A DNA stretch of 63,899 nucleotides, counting the filler, from Folioceros fuciformis (Eukaryota), in assembly GCA_049999805.1 (NCBI GenBank). It is 5 parts of 5 records of this genome, joined end to end, with 100 filler letters (N's around TTAATTAATTAA, not from the genome) between each part and the next. Parts side by side here need not be neighbours in the genome. Positions count along the whole stretch, not along the records: positions 1 to 31,992 come from JBNGIO010004574.1; 4 more parts are not named here. One strand, given 5' to 3'. Numbering within the stretch: the first letter of the stretch is position 1; every line of letters starts with the position of its first letter. Of this stretch, positions 1-12,216 are shown one piece after another. The notes beneath the pieces are model-generated. The model saw only the letters and a program-made list of their open reading frames with translations. It had not been told where the DNA came from and did not search any database. The translations under genes and the position numbers were made by a program.

Positions 1-974
1 GATACAAACGCCATACCTGCAAGCCCTGCTACACCGCTCTTCCGTGACAATCTCATGATGAACAGCTCAGCCTGCAGAAGAGCAAGAGATGAAGCCATGT
101 GAGTCAGGCAGCCGGAAGGGAAGGGGAGCTGGTGACTGTGGGTGACTTGTGGAATCCGTGAGGAAGCAAACCTGGTCGTCAGCATGATGTGCCGTTAGCA
201 AGATAGGGATGCCGTTGAGTTCGCATTTGTGCTGAAGCAAGGTGTATCTGCAGACGACGAGAGGTGGAATGGAAGGGGTACCCGGGATGACTGGCTGGGT
301 GGTGCAGGAGAGTGACATTGTATACCTGGCTGAAGCTAGTGAAGAGAGGCACAGCTACGGTACCTGGCATCACGTGCGGCTTCTTGCAGTTGCGGCTGGG
401 GAGGCATACCACGAGGCCAGTGGCACCGAAGTATGTCACAAGCAAATCCTTGAAACAAGAAAAGGTGAGTGAGTGAGAGTGGTGACCCAGACACATCCCG
501 AGACCTAGCAGGCTTGAGAGGAGAGAAAGCGAGGTGGAGGATGGGCTACATACCCATATCCGACACCCACTTCTGAACGCATTTGGCTTCAAGCTCGCTG
601 TTGTCCCTCAACCCGTGATCCACCACAAGACCAATCACACCTTCCGCATGGCCGGTACTGGTACACTTGCTGTTGCCCGAGTGGTTGGATCTCCACCAGC
701 GTTCCGTGAGTACGCACAGAGCCATGCTGTCTGGACCTCCGGACACAGCAATCCCTGCGCCAATTTTCATCCCACCACAGCAGCAGCGTGTGAATGAGGC
801 TCACTCCCACCCAAGTCTGCTGGAAACAGCAAAAGCAATGCAAGTCCCACCGATGCGGTCAGAGGGCAAAATCCCAGCCATGCGCATTCTCCTAGCAAAC
901 ACAGCATCGTGGTGCGCCAGAGAGTGTCCGTCCGATGCCACATCCACTTTCCTCATTCTGCCACACGCGCACAT
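1..974 (-). CDS. RSY3: tRNA(Ile)-lysidine synthase (TilS/RASPBERRY3-like), 5' exons; gene runs off the window start
   Basis: PP-loop IAVSGGPDSMALC, VVDHGLR and RY..L...C......LLTAHHADDQ on successive minus-strand exons. Start codon uncertain; ATG 974 assumed. Confidence 0.88.
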
Positions 975-1178
975 CCACAACTCCACCCAGTTGAAGTTGA
1001 GGCAGCTTTCTGCAGCAAACACGACCCCTTAAACCCTGAACCCTAGAAACGTTCTGGCCATTTCCATCTCCGCCAAGGTTGCTGGTGGCCTTGGCCTGGG
1101 CTAGGCTGGGCTGGGCTGGGCCTGGCCAGGGGTGGAACGTGCACTCTGTAGCGCGCCTGATATTTATATCAAGCAAGC

Positions 1179-2417
1179 ATGAACATGTCGTTGGCTCCTC
1201 CAACAGGCACCCTGCTCACCGTGATCAGGCCCAGGCAAGGTCCCGTTGCGTCGTTGCGGAGCGGAACAGCTTGGGGCCAGGAGCAGCCGCGGCGGCAGCA
1301 GCAGACGCTCCCTTCCAGGCAGACGTCGTCTAGGCGGTCTGGCTGGGGCATTCGGGCAAGGGCAAGGGCAAGGGCAGAGGCAAAGGCAGGAGGGGCAGCG
1401 GGGGATCGAAGCAGGCCTTGGACCTCGTGGGCTGCGGTCCCGGCAAGCAGCAGCCGCACCAGCAGCAGCATCAGTAGCAGCAGCAGGCCCTGGAGCAGCA
1501 AGCTTCCTTCATCATGGGAGGAAGTGAGTCCCGTGAAGGTGGCTGTGTGGGTGAGCGCGGCCATGGCCGGCGCGGCCTTGCTGCAGCTGCTGGGCCGGGC
1601 GGTGCTGTTCAACCCGGCAGTGTGGATGTACGCCACCTGGTGGCTAGTGGTGTGGCCGCTCCCGGCGGCCGTGGCTTTGGGCGCCGCCTGCCTGCTCATC
1701 GGCGTGCGGCAGGTTAAAGGCAAGGCGCGGGAATGGGAGCAGGTGGTGGCGCTCTGCGGAGGGCTGCTCTGGCTCGTCCTGGTGCCCCTGGCTAGCGTGC
1801 ACGGCTATGTGGACGGCTGGCCGCTCCTGCTCTGGGCCCTCTACGTGGCCTTCTTCTTCATCAACGCCGTCCTCAGGCTACGTCTCTACGGCCAGCTGAG
1901 CCCCCAGGCGGCGACGGAGGAGTCTCAGGAGAAGGACCTGAAATGGAGCAGGGCGCCCGCGCCGTCGCTGGCTGCGAAGCTGGCCTTTGTCGGCAGCGTG
2001 GCTGCGGGCCACTGGCTGGCGGCGTTCGAGGCCCAGCCGCTGCTCTTGAGCTGGGACTTCGGCTGGACCTCCAAGCTGGCTGCCTCCTTGCTTCTTCTGG
2101 CCTTCGTGCTGCACTGGAACGGGACCTGGTTCCTGGGCAAGTACTCTAACCGCCTCATCAGGCCCAGGGCTGTGGTTATGTTCGGCCCTTACAGATTCGT
2201 GAGGCATCCTATCTACGGGAGCTACATGCTGCTGTTCGCAGGCTACTGCGTCGCTTTGAGGGCCTATTGGAGTCTCCTGTTGCTCACTCTGGCTTGCTGG
2301 CTCTACTACGAGCAGCGGATTAAGCTGGAGGAGGAACAGTTAGTGGACGCTTTTGGTAATCTTTACACCAACTACAGGGGGAGGGTGAGGAAGAAGTATC
2401 TGCCATTTCTGCTGTAG
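1179..2417 (+). CDS. Isoprenylcysteine carboxyl methyltransferase (ICMT/PEMT)-family membrane protein, intronless, with a transit-peptide-like N-terminus
   Basis: 412-aa ORF with several hydrophobic segments and the C-terminal signature GPYRFVRHPIY...RIKLEEEQLVDAFG...Y...V.KYLP. Confidence 0.85.
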   Translation: MNMSLAPPTGTLLTVIRPRQGPVASLRSGTAWGQEQPRRQQQTLPSRQTSSRRSGWGIRARARARAEAKAGGAAGDRSRPWTSWAAVPASSSRTSSSISSSSRPWSSKLPSSWEEVSPVKVAVWVSAAMAGAALLQLLGRAVLFNPAVWMYATWWLVVWPLPAAVALGAACLLIGVRQVKGKAREWEQVVALCGGLLWLVLVPLASVHGYVDGWPLLLWALYVAFFFINAVLRLRLYGQLSPQAATEESQEKDLKWSRAPAPSLAAKLAFVGSVAAGHWLAAFEAQPLLLSWDFGWTSKLAASLLLLAFVLHWNGTWFLGKYSNRLIRPRAVVMFGPYRFVRHPIYGSYMLLFAGYCVALRAYWSLLLLTLACWLYYEQRIKLEEEQLVDAFGNLYTNYRGRVRKKYLPFLL

Positions 2418-2665
2418 ATGCAAGGCAAGTCCAGGCGGCATACAGATTCTTAACAACACCACTTGGGAGGAGTTACTGTTTATGTCACCTAAGGCTTATG
2501 GTGTACCATGTCCAGAGTCTGCTGCTGTCAATAGTAGGAGACCTACCTTGATTTCTCAAAATCCCTGGGATGCTCGAGGCCCTGTGCCAAGCTCTCAAGC
2601 TTGTTTTCCCGCCTGCAGCTTGTTCTGTGGCAACCAATGATTCCCCCTTCTCTCTCTTCATCCCC

Positions 2666-5600
2666 TCATACCATGATCATTCCCCTGCGTCCAGGGGCCA
2701 GGTCAAGCTCTCGTTTGCGAGCAGCTGAATCCCACATTTCCACGTTCAGGTTCACTGGGCGCAACGGGGTGTCATCCTCTGCCTCAGCTGCTTTGTCGTT
2801 AGGAGTTTGCATGGAGAAAGTCTTCAGATCCTGTGACCAACTCAAGGTATCTTCTTCCATCAGGTTCATGGACTGGGTTTCTGCCGCTTGCACTTGTCCA
2901 TACAAGGTGAAGCCAAGGTTGCCATCAGTCATCTGTAACTCCGCCAAGTGTTGGTACTGATTAGTACTCGCAGTCATGCCGAAAGTTGTCAGATGGATCT
3001 GCTCCTCCTTCTTGACTTTGATCCCATATTGTATCAGAGTACCTCCTGCTGAACGGGACGCTGACCCAACAACTCTATCCAGTTTGGAGGACCTGCTAAC
3101 CGAAGTGTTCAGTTTTACCTCGTCCGCATCGGAAAAGAGAATAGGAGCGAAGTCCGCTCCACTCTGCAGCTGGAAATCTGGCGGAGCAGGTTCATCGTCC
3201 AGCCGATCAAACCGACGGAGTTCCTCCCGTGCCTCTACATTGGGCTGAGACTGTGGTCCTATGGCAAGTCTGTCCATGCCGTTTGCTTGGTTGTTCCACT
3301 CCATGAAAATGCCTGGCTTGTATGAGTTGGAGTGATCACCCCCCGTTATTGGCGAAGGACTGCGTGACGGCTGGTTCCTGACATTATGCCCTGTGTTCCC
3401 CATTTGCGGCGCATATTTGCGAACGCCTGGGGAGGCAAGCGCTTGAGAAGTTCCTCCTGTGCAGAGCAATAGCTGGCGATGTATCTGACGCACTATCGGA
3501 TACGTCTGCGGACCATAGCATATCAGGAATGGAAGCCTTTCATCCCAGCCAGGTTTAGAACCGATTTGAAGGAAAGATGGCCTAGCTTATGCAAGCACTT
3601 ACCTGTAATATATCCTGGAAGGTGCCGTCTTTCATCTCACGCGGTAAACCCTGTATAATCAGTTTGAGGGCCCTGACAACAATTCCGCATACTGTAGTTT
3701 AAGGTCTTCGAGATGTTATCAGGAATGGGGCAAATGCGAAGAGTTTGAGTCCTGCCAGACGTGCGGAAATTGAGCCTGCTAAGCCTAGACGTACCGTGGA
3801 TGCTGGCACAGCGCCAAGTAAGACCGGATAATGTGAAATACGAGCCTTGGAGAGAAACATGGTGCTGTGCCGAGGACCATCACCTGCAGCTCACAAACAA
3901 GAGTGCCCGCAGGAAAGTTGGTGGTCAAATTTCTGCAGCTAGCACAATTGCACAAATGCTGCAGAAGCTCTTGAACTAAATTGTCAACTGGAACTGGCAC
4001 TGACCATGTCTTCATAGAGTTTCAGAATAAGCTCAAGGTCGTTAGAGCCTTCGTCACATATTGCATTGAGGCCATAATCATGTAGATAAATGCACTCCAA
4101 AGTGTGCAGGGCAACCTACAGTAATAATATTCAAGATTATCTAGATGGAAATTGTTTCACAAGGGAGACTTAGTCTACGTTTCCAATCCTGGACTATGGA
4201 CAGCGGCCACATGTATGTGCATATGTAGACATGTATCCAGGGCAATACAGTTCTTACCACTTTTGCCACTTCAATTCCAAACTCCGCGACATGAATGCAG
4301 AGGCCTACAATGCCGCTTTCTAGTGCCCATGTGATGACATAATCTTCACGACTCTGTCAAAAGCCAACAATAGAACTTAGTACAGGCACGCAGAAGCGAT
4401 AAAGCAACAAAGCGGCCGCTTGCCGCATAGATTAAATGTGGATCATATGGCCTATGCACCTGGCAGAGTATGGCGAATACAGAAAGGCATGCTGCTCGCA
4501 GCTCCTCGAACGCTTCTTCCGTGTACTTCGAGTTAATGAAAGGAATGAGGTAGTTGGGCAAGAGAGCTGCCAAAATAGATCAGCCTTAGTACTAACATGA
4601 GTCCTACAATGCGCAGTAAATCACACAGCCAGTAATTGCATCCCGCCTTCGATTGTAGCAGCACAGCTATCCACACCATGAGGGAAATCAGGTTGATGTT
4701 TGAAAAACTCAAAACTACCAGCAACGAAATCTTCACGGGTCTCCGAGTTTGAAGCGATGGTCTGAAGTTGCAATGTAAGTTAGGCAGAAAGGAGGAGTTA
4801 GAACCGTATACGTATGTGGGCGCAGTATTAAGCACGCTTGTAAATGTTAAAGATGTGTACACGTTGACCTGCAAGAGAGTAACTACATTGCTAAGGCGCT
4901 TTGCTCCTCTCTGATTGAGCTCACCATCAGCCAGCTTCTGGTGTCCGGATAGCAATTCCTAAATGGCCCACGTCGAAACACTGTTCAGGTATGTTTATCA
5001 TACTTTCCATTCGGTAGTATGCTTTGAGTCAATTGATCAGTCCTGACCTGGAGTAATGTGTTGACGGTTGTAAAAGAGCTGAATAAATAGAAGGCGGCCT
5101 CACGGTAGTAAGGGGGGTCTTCCTTGCATTTCTGCCAGGAACAGTCCACTTACATGCTGCTCACAAGGATTATTGATGCAATACAACTCTACCAAGTGTG
5201 CCACCAGCGTGTATCAAATGTCATCCGGTGCTGATGAGGGAGTTAGGTGTTGAAGAAAGTAGCTTACAACCAGGGTATAATTCTACCTCGATCAGATGTC
5301 TACTTATGCTCCGTAGGGTGGCCTCGCGAAGTTCAGGGTCCTGCAAATTCACAATCGCTTCACAAATTCCCATTGGGCGTCTTGACCAGCATTTTTGCTT
5401 TGAGCGCCGCCTGCCAGATCTGCTTGACGCTGTACTACCTGCAGGCAAAGGAATGGCAGTCTTGCTCGTGATCCCCTCGAAAAAACCCTGTCAAATTCGT
5501 GTATATGGTGATGGATATAGTATGCTGTTCTGCTGTGATTTAACAATTCCCCGCAACGTGTGAAACATAAAATTCCCGTCGTCTGCACCGCTCTGCAGTG

Positions 5601-6231
5601 CGTCATCAGACAAACTGACAGAACTCTTTGGACAGATCCGAGAATGTCAACCAGATATATCGGACTCCATCGACTGCCCGGGCTCACGTATAGTGAAGCA
5701 GAGAACAGAATACCGTGGATCGATAAACACTACTAGGTTCTGGATATAGATGGCAACATCCAGCTTACAGCACATCGCTCTAAGCATCTTTGACGTGTTA
5801 GCCTGGCTGCGCCCGGAGCCTCGATTCTCTTCTCTCGGGACTGCAGCTCTTGTTATGAAACCTACTTGCATCGCAATGCTTAAAAGATGGAGCAAACAAC
5901 GGATAGGGCTACCTGAGAGATCACCTGTCTCCTGGGAGGTCAGGGAAACACAGCTGGAGTCACTGGTATCACACGCTGCTTCCGAGGTTCCCGGATCCAG
6001 ATCTTGCACTTCAAGACATTCAGACCGCAATCTTTCATTCAGCTCGGCATTCAACCTCGCATGTCGGCGCAATCTAGCTTCCATTTGATACAGTAGTGCT
6101 CGCTGCGCTTCCGCCGTCGACGTCGCTAGTTTCTTCTGGTCCCAAAATGTGTGAAACGGGGCATCCATGACAATCGCTTCCTCTAGCTCATCCTGGTCAG
6201 GCAATCGGAAGTCCATTTCTGCGGGATCCAT
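2666..6231 (-). CDS. Divergent CNOT9/RCD1 (CAF40)-like protein with long N- and C-terminal extensions, multi-exon
   Basis: Exon peptides IVNLQDPELREATLRSIS, NQRGAKRLSNVVTLLQ, LPNYLIPFINSKYTEEAFEELRAACLSVFAILCQ and SPRLVFHIIRSYLAL follow RCD1 ARM-repeat order. Joining ORFs 5647-6231 and 2666-3493 to this gene is inferred. Confidence 0.7.
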
Positions 6232-7334
6232 CAGATTCAGCTCTCAGTCCCTGCGAGGGCTGTACAGTGTACACTACTCCATACGCAATACCTTTTATTC
6301 TGCACACAGCCGCTCATCACGCAAGGCCCTGGGCAATCACGACGAGCAAACGCAACTCTCGACTGTCCCTACACGTTCTGATTTAAGATAGCGTTCCAAA
6401 ACGTTCTCCGATGCATTTCTTCCAGCGGTGAGTCGTTCAAAATCTTCCAGCCGTTCCAAATGCACAAGCTAGGATTGTAAACCGACGTTAGACTACTAGA
6501 AGTAGCTAGGTCTGTGGCTTCCCTCCGTCGGTGAAGCCTGGGTCGTCGTGTTCCGACTCTGATTGCAGCAGAAGGCGCGGATTAGGAGGAGCCTTGACCA
6601 CGGAGCCTCAACCTTTCTCTCTCTAAGTCTCAAGGGACTCCGGAGTCCGATCTAAGTCTAACCTTTACACGGTTAACGTCAGGTAGTGGTTTTCGAAGGA
6701 TTATAAGTCTATCTGGTTAGGCAACCCTGACAGCACAAGCGTCTGACCGCTTGCGGGGTGACTGTACGAACTTATCCAAGTTTAATACAATTATTTGTTC
6801 ATTCACCATGCTCATAGCATGTATGAAAGCAGAGGATGCTAGACCCTTATGCCTAGATCTAACAAGATTAGAATATACCTGTAAACAGTTAACCGTTTAA
6901 AGGTTTTGTGAACGGTTCACTGAATCTATCTATACCTTTGAGATGGAGAAAAATCCTTTGAACACTTTTGCATTGAAATTTAGAGGCATCCATTCTGATT
7001 GTGCAAGATCAGGAGGCGGGAAGCTTAGCACATGCCATTCCAAAGGTTTACTGTCTATTGTGCCTGCCGGATAGAGCAACCACTACATCAGGGCTAGTAC
7101 TCGAAGTGGTGCACGACACTAGATTACTTTCATACCTTTATATAGCCAGGTGCAGTTATGTTCCAAAGCAGTAGAGATAACTCCTGATCTCTATTTTTTG
7201 AGGGTGTGAACATAGGGGTCTATTCACTGAAATCTGGGTATTTCTGCGTGTGAGAAAAGGCATTCACTTCCATTTCAAGAAGCTTTATCCAGAGGATGTC
7301 CAGACGAAAAGTGGGTGCATCCGTACTCAGAATT

Positions 7335-10245
7335 TCAGATCGTAGCGCTGGAAGATAGAGATTCCAGGAGCCTAGGACCCACAGTCGTGATGTCCCCTGC
7401 ATCATAAGAAGCAGACCAGCTGATGGGCATTAGCCTGCTAGCTAGAGTGTAAACCAAAGAATTTGAGGGCAACGCTTTGCTGATGGCACAGAAATATGTT
7501 GTCCGACCGACCTGCCCCTAGAGTTAACAGAATTATGTCACACTGTCCTGCATTGCAAGTGGCTGCAACTTCCCAAGATAACCTCTTCACGACATCTTCC
7601 TGACACCCAAGAAAGCGGATGCTCAAATTCGCTCAAACTACTGCATCTCACACAAGATTTGCAAAGCGATGTGGCAGGTACCAGTTCTTGGATGTAGACG
7701 GCAGGGGGACCCATGATAGCGGTCGCCAAATTTTGCCCACTAATGTTCCACAAGTTCTCTTCACGAGCAGAATAGACCTGCATTCCGACCATACGACAAA
7801 CTCTAGGCATGAAATTCTGCAGGAAGGGCACGGACCTTTCTGGTAAGATCATTAAGAGGGATGAGTATGTCTGGAAAATGCACACTTTTGTGATGATAAC
7901 CCTGTCTGCAGCACTGAAGGCAGGAGCAAAATCTTCAAGCAACTTCGCCAGCCGGCTATAGGACCAGTCTGCCATCCACTGTCAGTTTCTACCTCCCAGT
8001 AAGCAGATTTTCTTTCACAACCGATGTCTGAGAATTTACGATGTCAGGTTGAGACCTGTAAGTGTGAGGTTGAAACACCACCCAAATGGGCTGCTGGTCG
8101 AATCTTTGTCTGGCTGCTTGAAGAACAGCACGGACTTCGGTAGGGTGATGAGCATAGTCATCAAAAATCTGGCATCTTCTGGCTGCACCAACAAACTCAA
8201 ATCTGCGACGAACTCCTCCAAAGTCACTCAATATTCTGCTGGCTGCCTCTGCTGAATCCCTCATCATTTTCAATTGTGCTGTCCCATCACCAGCCCTCTT
8301 CTCCTGGACGGACAGTAAGGATACAGCAACGAGTACCTGGGAACAAGGTACATCAGAACTTCTCCTGAATGAGCAAGCTCTAAGTAAGAAGGCAGGTGTT
8401 TGAGCTGGCGGAATTCGGCCATACTGCTAGGGAATTCAACACATTATGAGTTCCTGGAATACGTAGGCTGATTCTTGCCATCGGCGCACCATCATGTACC
8501 TGCAAAGGATAGAAGCAAGGTGCCGAGATTGTCAGAGACTTCATGTCAAAGAATAGTAACATTTGAAGAACTTCAAAGCAAGTGCTTTTACCGCAACATA
8601 ATCTGATCCACCCCGCACATTCGGAGCGAGCAGTAGGGCCTGCCAGTCATTTTCCTTGCCTAATCCGTATGTGACAACTTGGTATGGAGCCTTCTTGTCA
8701 AGCCAGGATGCCCGGCAGTTCGGCATTGACTCATTGTTCTCCTCAAACGCTCTTGCCAGAGACTTAGATCCAGCACTGCACCCACAAAGTTTACAATATA
8801 TGAGGCCACTGGCAAGCAGTGCGAGTCCATTACCCAAGCTACATTTACCACTCAATGCTCGGCATCCATGGAAGAGTTGAGGTCGTCAGAAAGTGCAAAA
8901 GAGATGAAGAGAACCTGTCACCACAAAGCACAAGGGTTCCTCCCTCTTTGATCCGCGACACAAACTTTCTAAAGACGTTTCTCACGGAAGCCTGGCACAA
9001 GCAAAGTAACGTAGACATATCCACAAACTTTTGCACGTCTTCCTGAAGAGCATCTGGGAGAGAGGGTACCTCGTCCGGGAACATGTCCACATGTTCCCAC
9101 TCAACGTTTGTCACTATCGCCATCCATGGATCAACCCCCAGGAAGCAACTGTCGTATTCATCTGCCTGCACTCCAGTAATAAAAAGTGTGAGCGTTTGAA
9201 TGCCATAGGCCAGATAGGAGGCCTGAAGCAGCCAGATATCTAGGACAGGCTGCCCACTTCTGGAAATGCAAGTGCTAAGACAGGGTCAGTCTTAAACAGA
9301 CCTCTAGCACAAAACGCCGGCCCTGCCCCACAATAGCATTTCCACCGCTAGGGAACTGAGGCACCTCTGCCCCCACGACAACTGTAATGTCCTCCCCCAG
9401 ACCCCTAAGCACCATGGCCAACATTGCTGTGGTGGTAGTCTTCCCTGCACCGACAAATGCGTCCTCAGACCTTTTGCTTCAAAAATACAAAGCAATTTGA
9501 GCAGAGAAGCACGGTCAAGTATTCCATACCATGAGAACCAGCAACAGCAACCAGCTCATATCCCTGAGTGATTTTGGCAAGCCAGGCATCCCTCTTATAT
9601 CTGACACAAAACGGAGCCTGAGCGAGCTTGTGGAATCAAACATGGGGTGAGGTTACAGCGTATGCATGATCAAGCCCGCTGCCCTCTGACTTACATAGGC
9701 ACAGCGAGGGCTCGAGCTGCTTGTAGCTCATCATTGTCCTCCGGTACTGCGCTGGACACCACCACAGCGTCAGGCTTGAAACCTTCAGAGTCTTGTAGCA
9801 GGCTGGCACAGTGACCCACATGCACCGTTGCTCCTTCCTCTTGCAGAGCCTTCATCCGCTCGTTCCAGGTTGCATCAGATCCACTTACCCGCCACCCCTG
9901 CATGCATTTCATGTGCATCTCATTTCAAGCTCCAGGCTGCCAAGGAAAAGCACTCTATGCCGACAGTACTATGGATGAACCCATGGATGGTACCTGCTTC
10001 AGAGCAACCAATGCGAGAGCCGACAGCCCAGTCCCTCCAATCCCAATGAAATGGACTCTGCCTGGCTTGCCAGTCATACTTGCTCTGGCCGCTCCCCCTG
10101 CTGCCCGACGCCTCCCATCTGCACTCCCCTTGAACCGTACTTTCGTCACCAACGCTCTCCCAGGCCGCTCCTTGCTCCTGAGCACCCCACACAACCCAAC
10201 CCGTGGTCTTGGCAACAACGGCTGGCTGCAGCTAGCCCTGAGCAT
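7335..10245 (-). CDS. murC: UDP-N-acetylmuramate--L-alanine ligase, plastid-targeted, multi-exon
   Basis: [35 protein letters not shown] (split by an intron), [44 protein letters not shown]; transit-peptide-like N-terminus; TGA at 7335-7337. Confidence 0.95.
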
Positions 10246-10804
10246 CGCACCTCCCCTCTGCACCTGATGGTGAATGCATGCCCCTACACCCATCTTCCCC
10301 ATCTCACGCCAGCCTCTCAACCCAGAACGATCACAAATGTAGGAACAGAGTTTAGGAGTTGCGCCCAGCACAACTCACTGACATCCAGACATCTCATCCA
10401 GCTTTAAGTTCACGTGCTCGGACACTTGACTCCATGCCCATCACCCAAAATGGGTGTTTCCGGCACTGACAAGTGCCACCAACAGCGGGGCTCGTCTGTT
10501 GCATAGCGGGTTAGGATCCACGCCTTCCTTACTGGATGGCGGGATAGGGCCCGCGGCTATGTTGTTGTCCGGCTATGATCCGCGCTCCTGAGAACTGGGT
10601 CAAGGCTGCTCTCAGAATTATCCTACCCGTGTCTGATGCTGGATTGTCCGGGCACTGCGCCTGGCTCGCTGCCGGATTGATGGCAGACCGAGCCACGGCT
10701 GCGGGGTTGCCCGAGGCCGTGGAGTCCAGGACAGGAGGCACCCACGTTGGGCCTGCAGGTTCTCCTCGCGTGCTGGAAGGTGGCGTCGGGGTCGGCTTAC
10801 CGCT

Positions 10805-10940
10805 GGCCTGAGCATGGAGAAGTGGTGTGCCACACAGTTTCCAGTGCGCCGGCAGATCAAGTTGGGTAGGCGATCGGGCTCAATCGCCAGGTGACGCGAA
10901 AAGGGCCGGCTACACGGCAGGAGAGCTTGCTTGTCTCCTG
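10805..10940 (-). mobile_element. Degenerate Ty3/gypsy integrase C-terminal (GPF) relic
   Basis: Minus strand reads SKLSCRVAGPFRVTWRLSPIAY, then after a frameshift QLDLPAHWKL, resembling the KL.PR..GPF.V......AY.LDLP..W.IH motif. Confidence 0.5.
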
Positions 10941-12216
10941 GATCAGTGACGAGTACCCGTGAGGCTTCATCTCCAATGCAGGGGGGTGGCCTCCTAGATT
11001 GCGGTGCCCGAAAATGGCAGGCTAGAAGTCATGGCTGAGCTGTGGGTTGGCTGCCTTCGATCTGGGGCACCCTGTGCGCCTCAATAGGAGGCAGACGGAG
11101 CAGGTGCTTCCGGGTCTTGACATTTGAAGTAATTTCACTTGTGGGCTTCGTCTGTCATAACCTGGCCTGCCTCAAATGTACATCGCCAAGCCTGCTTCCA
11201 CATCAATTCTATGCAAAGTGTAAGCCATAATGGGGCAGAAGCCTGGATGGTGGATTCCAAACTCTTGCCAAGTTAGTAAGTGTCGAGATTTAGCGCAATT
11301 TAGGACAGGCTGTAGCATTAACTTTGGCAGATAGATAGTAGTACAGGACGAACTCTAAGTATGTACATGAACCTCTCACTCGTAAGCCAGTGGAGATGCC
11401 ATAACATTCCTATATCTCAAGTGCCCGACATAATGCGTGAGGATCAAGCCGGCCCAGAGGCCAGCTGAAGAGTTTGACAGAAGCAACGTCATCTGGAGAT
11501 GATGCTGATTTGTGCTAGAAGAACACAAACCAACCTACACCACAGAGTCGTGTGGAAGCTCCGAGATGGGGTCAGCAATAGATGGTCGGCACAGTAACAG
11601 TAATTTGGATATCCGCCACCCCCTCCAGCACAAGTCTGTAAAATGCTCGACGGGCAACTTTCCCGAAAAGCTAAGGAGGAGGCCAGGCCGCCCAGTTCTC
11701 TAGAGGAACCTCTTTGCACCTCATAACCGCAATCACACTCTGCCACAATTTTGACATCTGTGGAACTGACAGTGCCGTCCAGAGTGTGTAAGATCTTGCC
11801 AAGGGTTTTGATGTACTGTCCAAACTCATGAAGTACTGGGAGCCAACCTGTACATGCCGCAACCTATTATTTTCAATATGCTGGAAATCACGTCTAACCG
11901 CAGCCTCCCTGAATCCATCGTCATATAACCCCAGCCAGTGCAGTTCCCAGCCATTCTGATCCTTCACGCTCATAACTCCAGCCAGTGTCGTGTAGACCCT
12001 TATACCAGCCCGTCTTTTTTTCCATCTCTATTTCTCCAGCAACCCAAAAACCGACATAAAACTAGCCTGGAGGGGATGATTGGCTTCCACAGAGCCCAAT
12101 GACCAGCTCAGTCCCGTTACGTGCGATGATTCATAAGTAGCTACCTGTATGCATGGAACTGCACCCACAGACGTCGGAGCAGAGACAGGCTTACGTGACC
12201 CACATAATGCCTCCCA

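Noticed and set aside
11489-12060. Short minus-strand ORFs downstream of SP1
   Set aside because: No recognisable domain or coherent splice model; likely UTR or decayed repeat.
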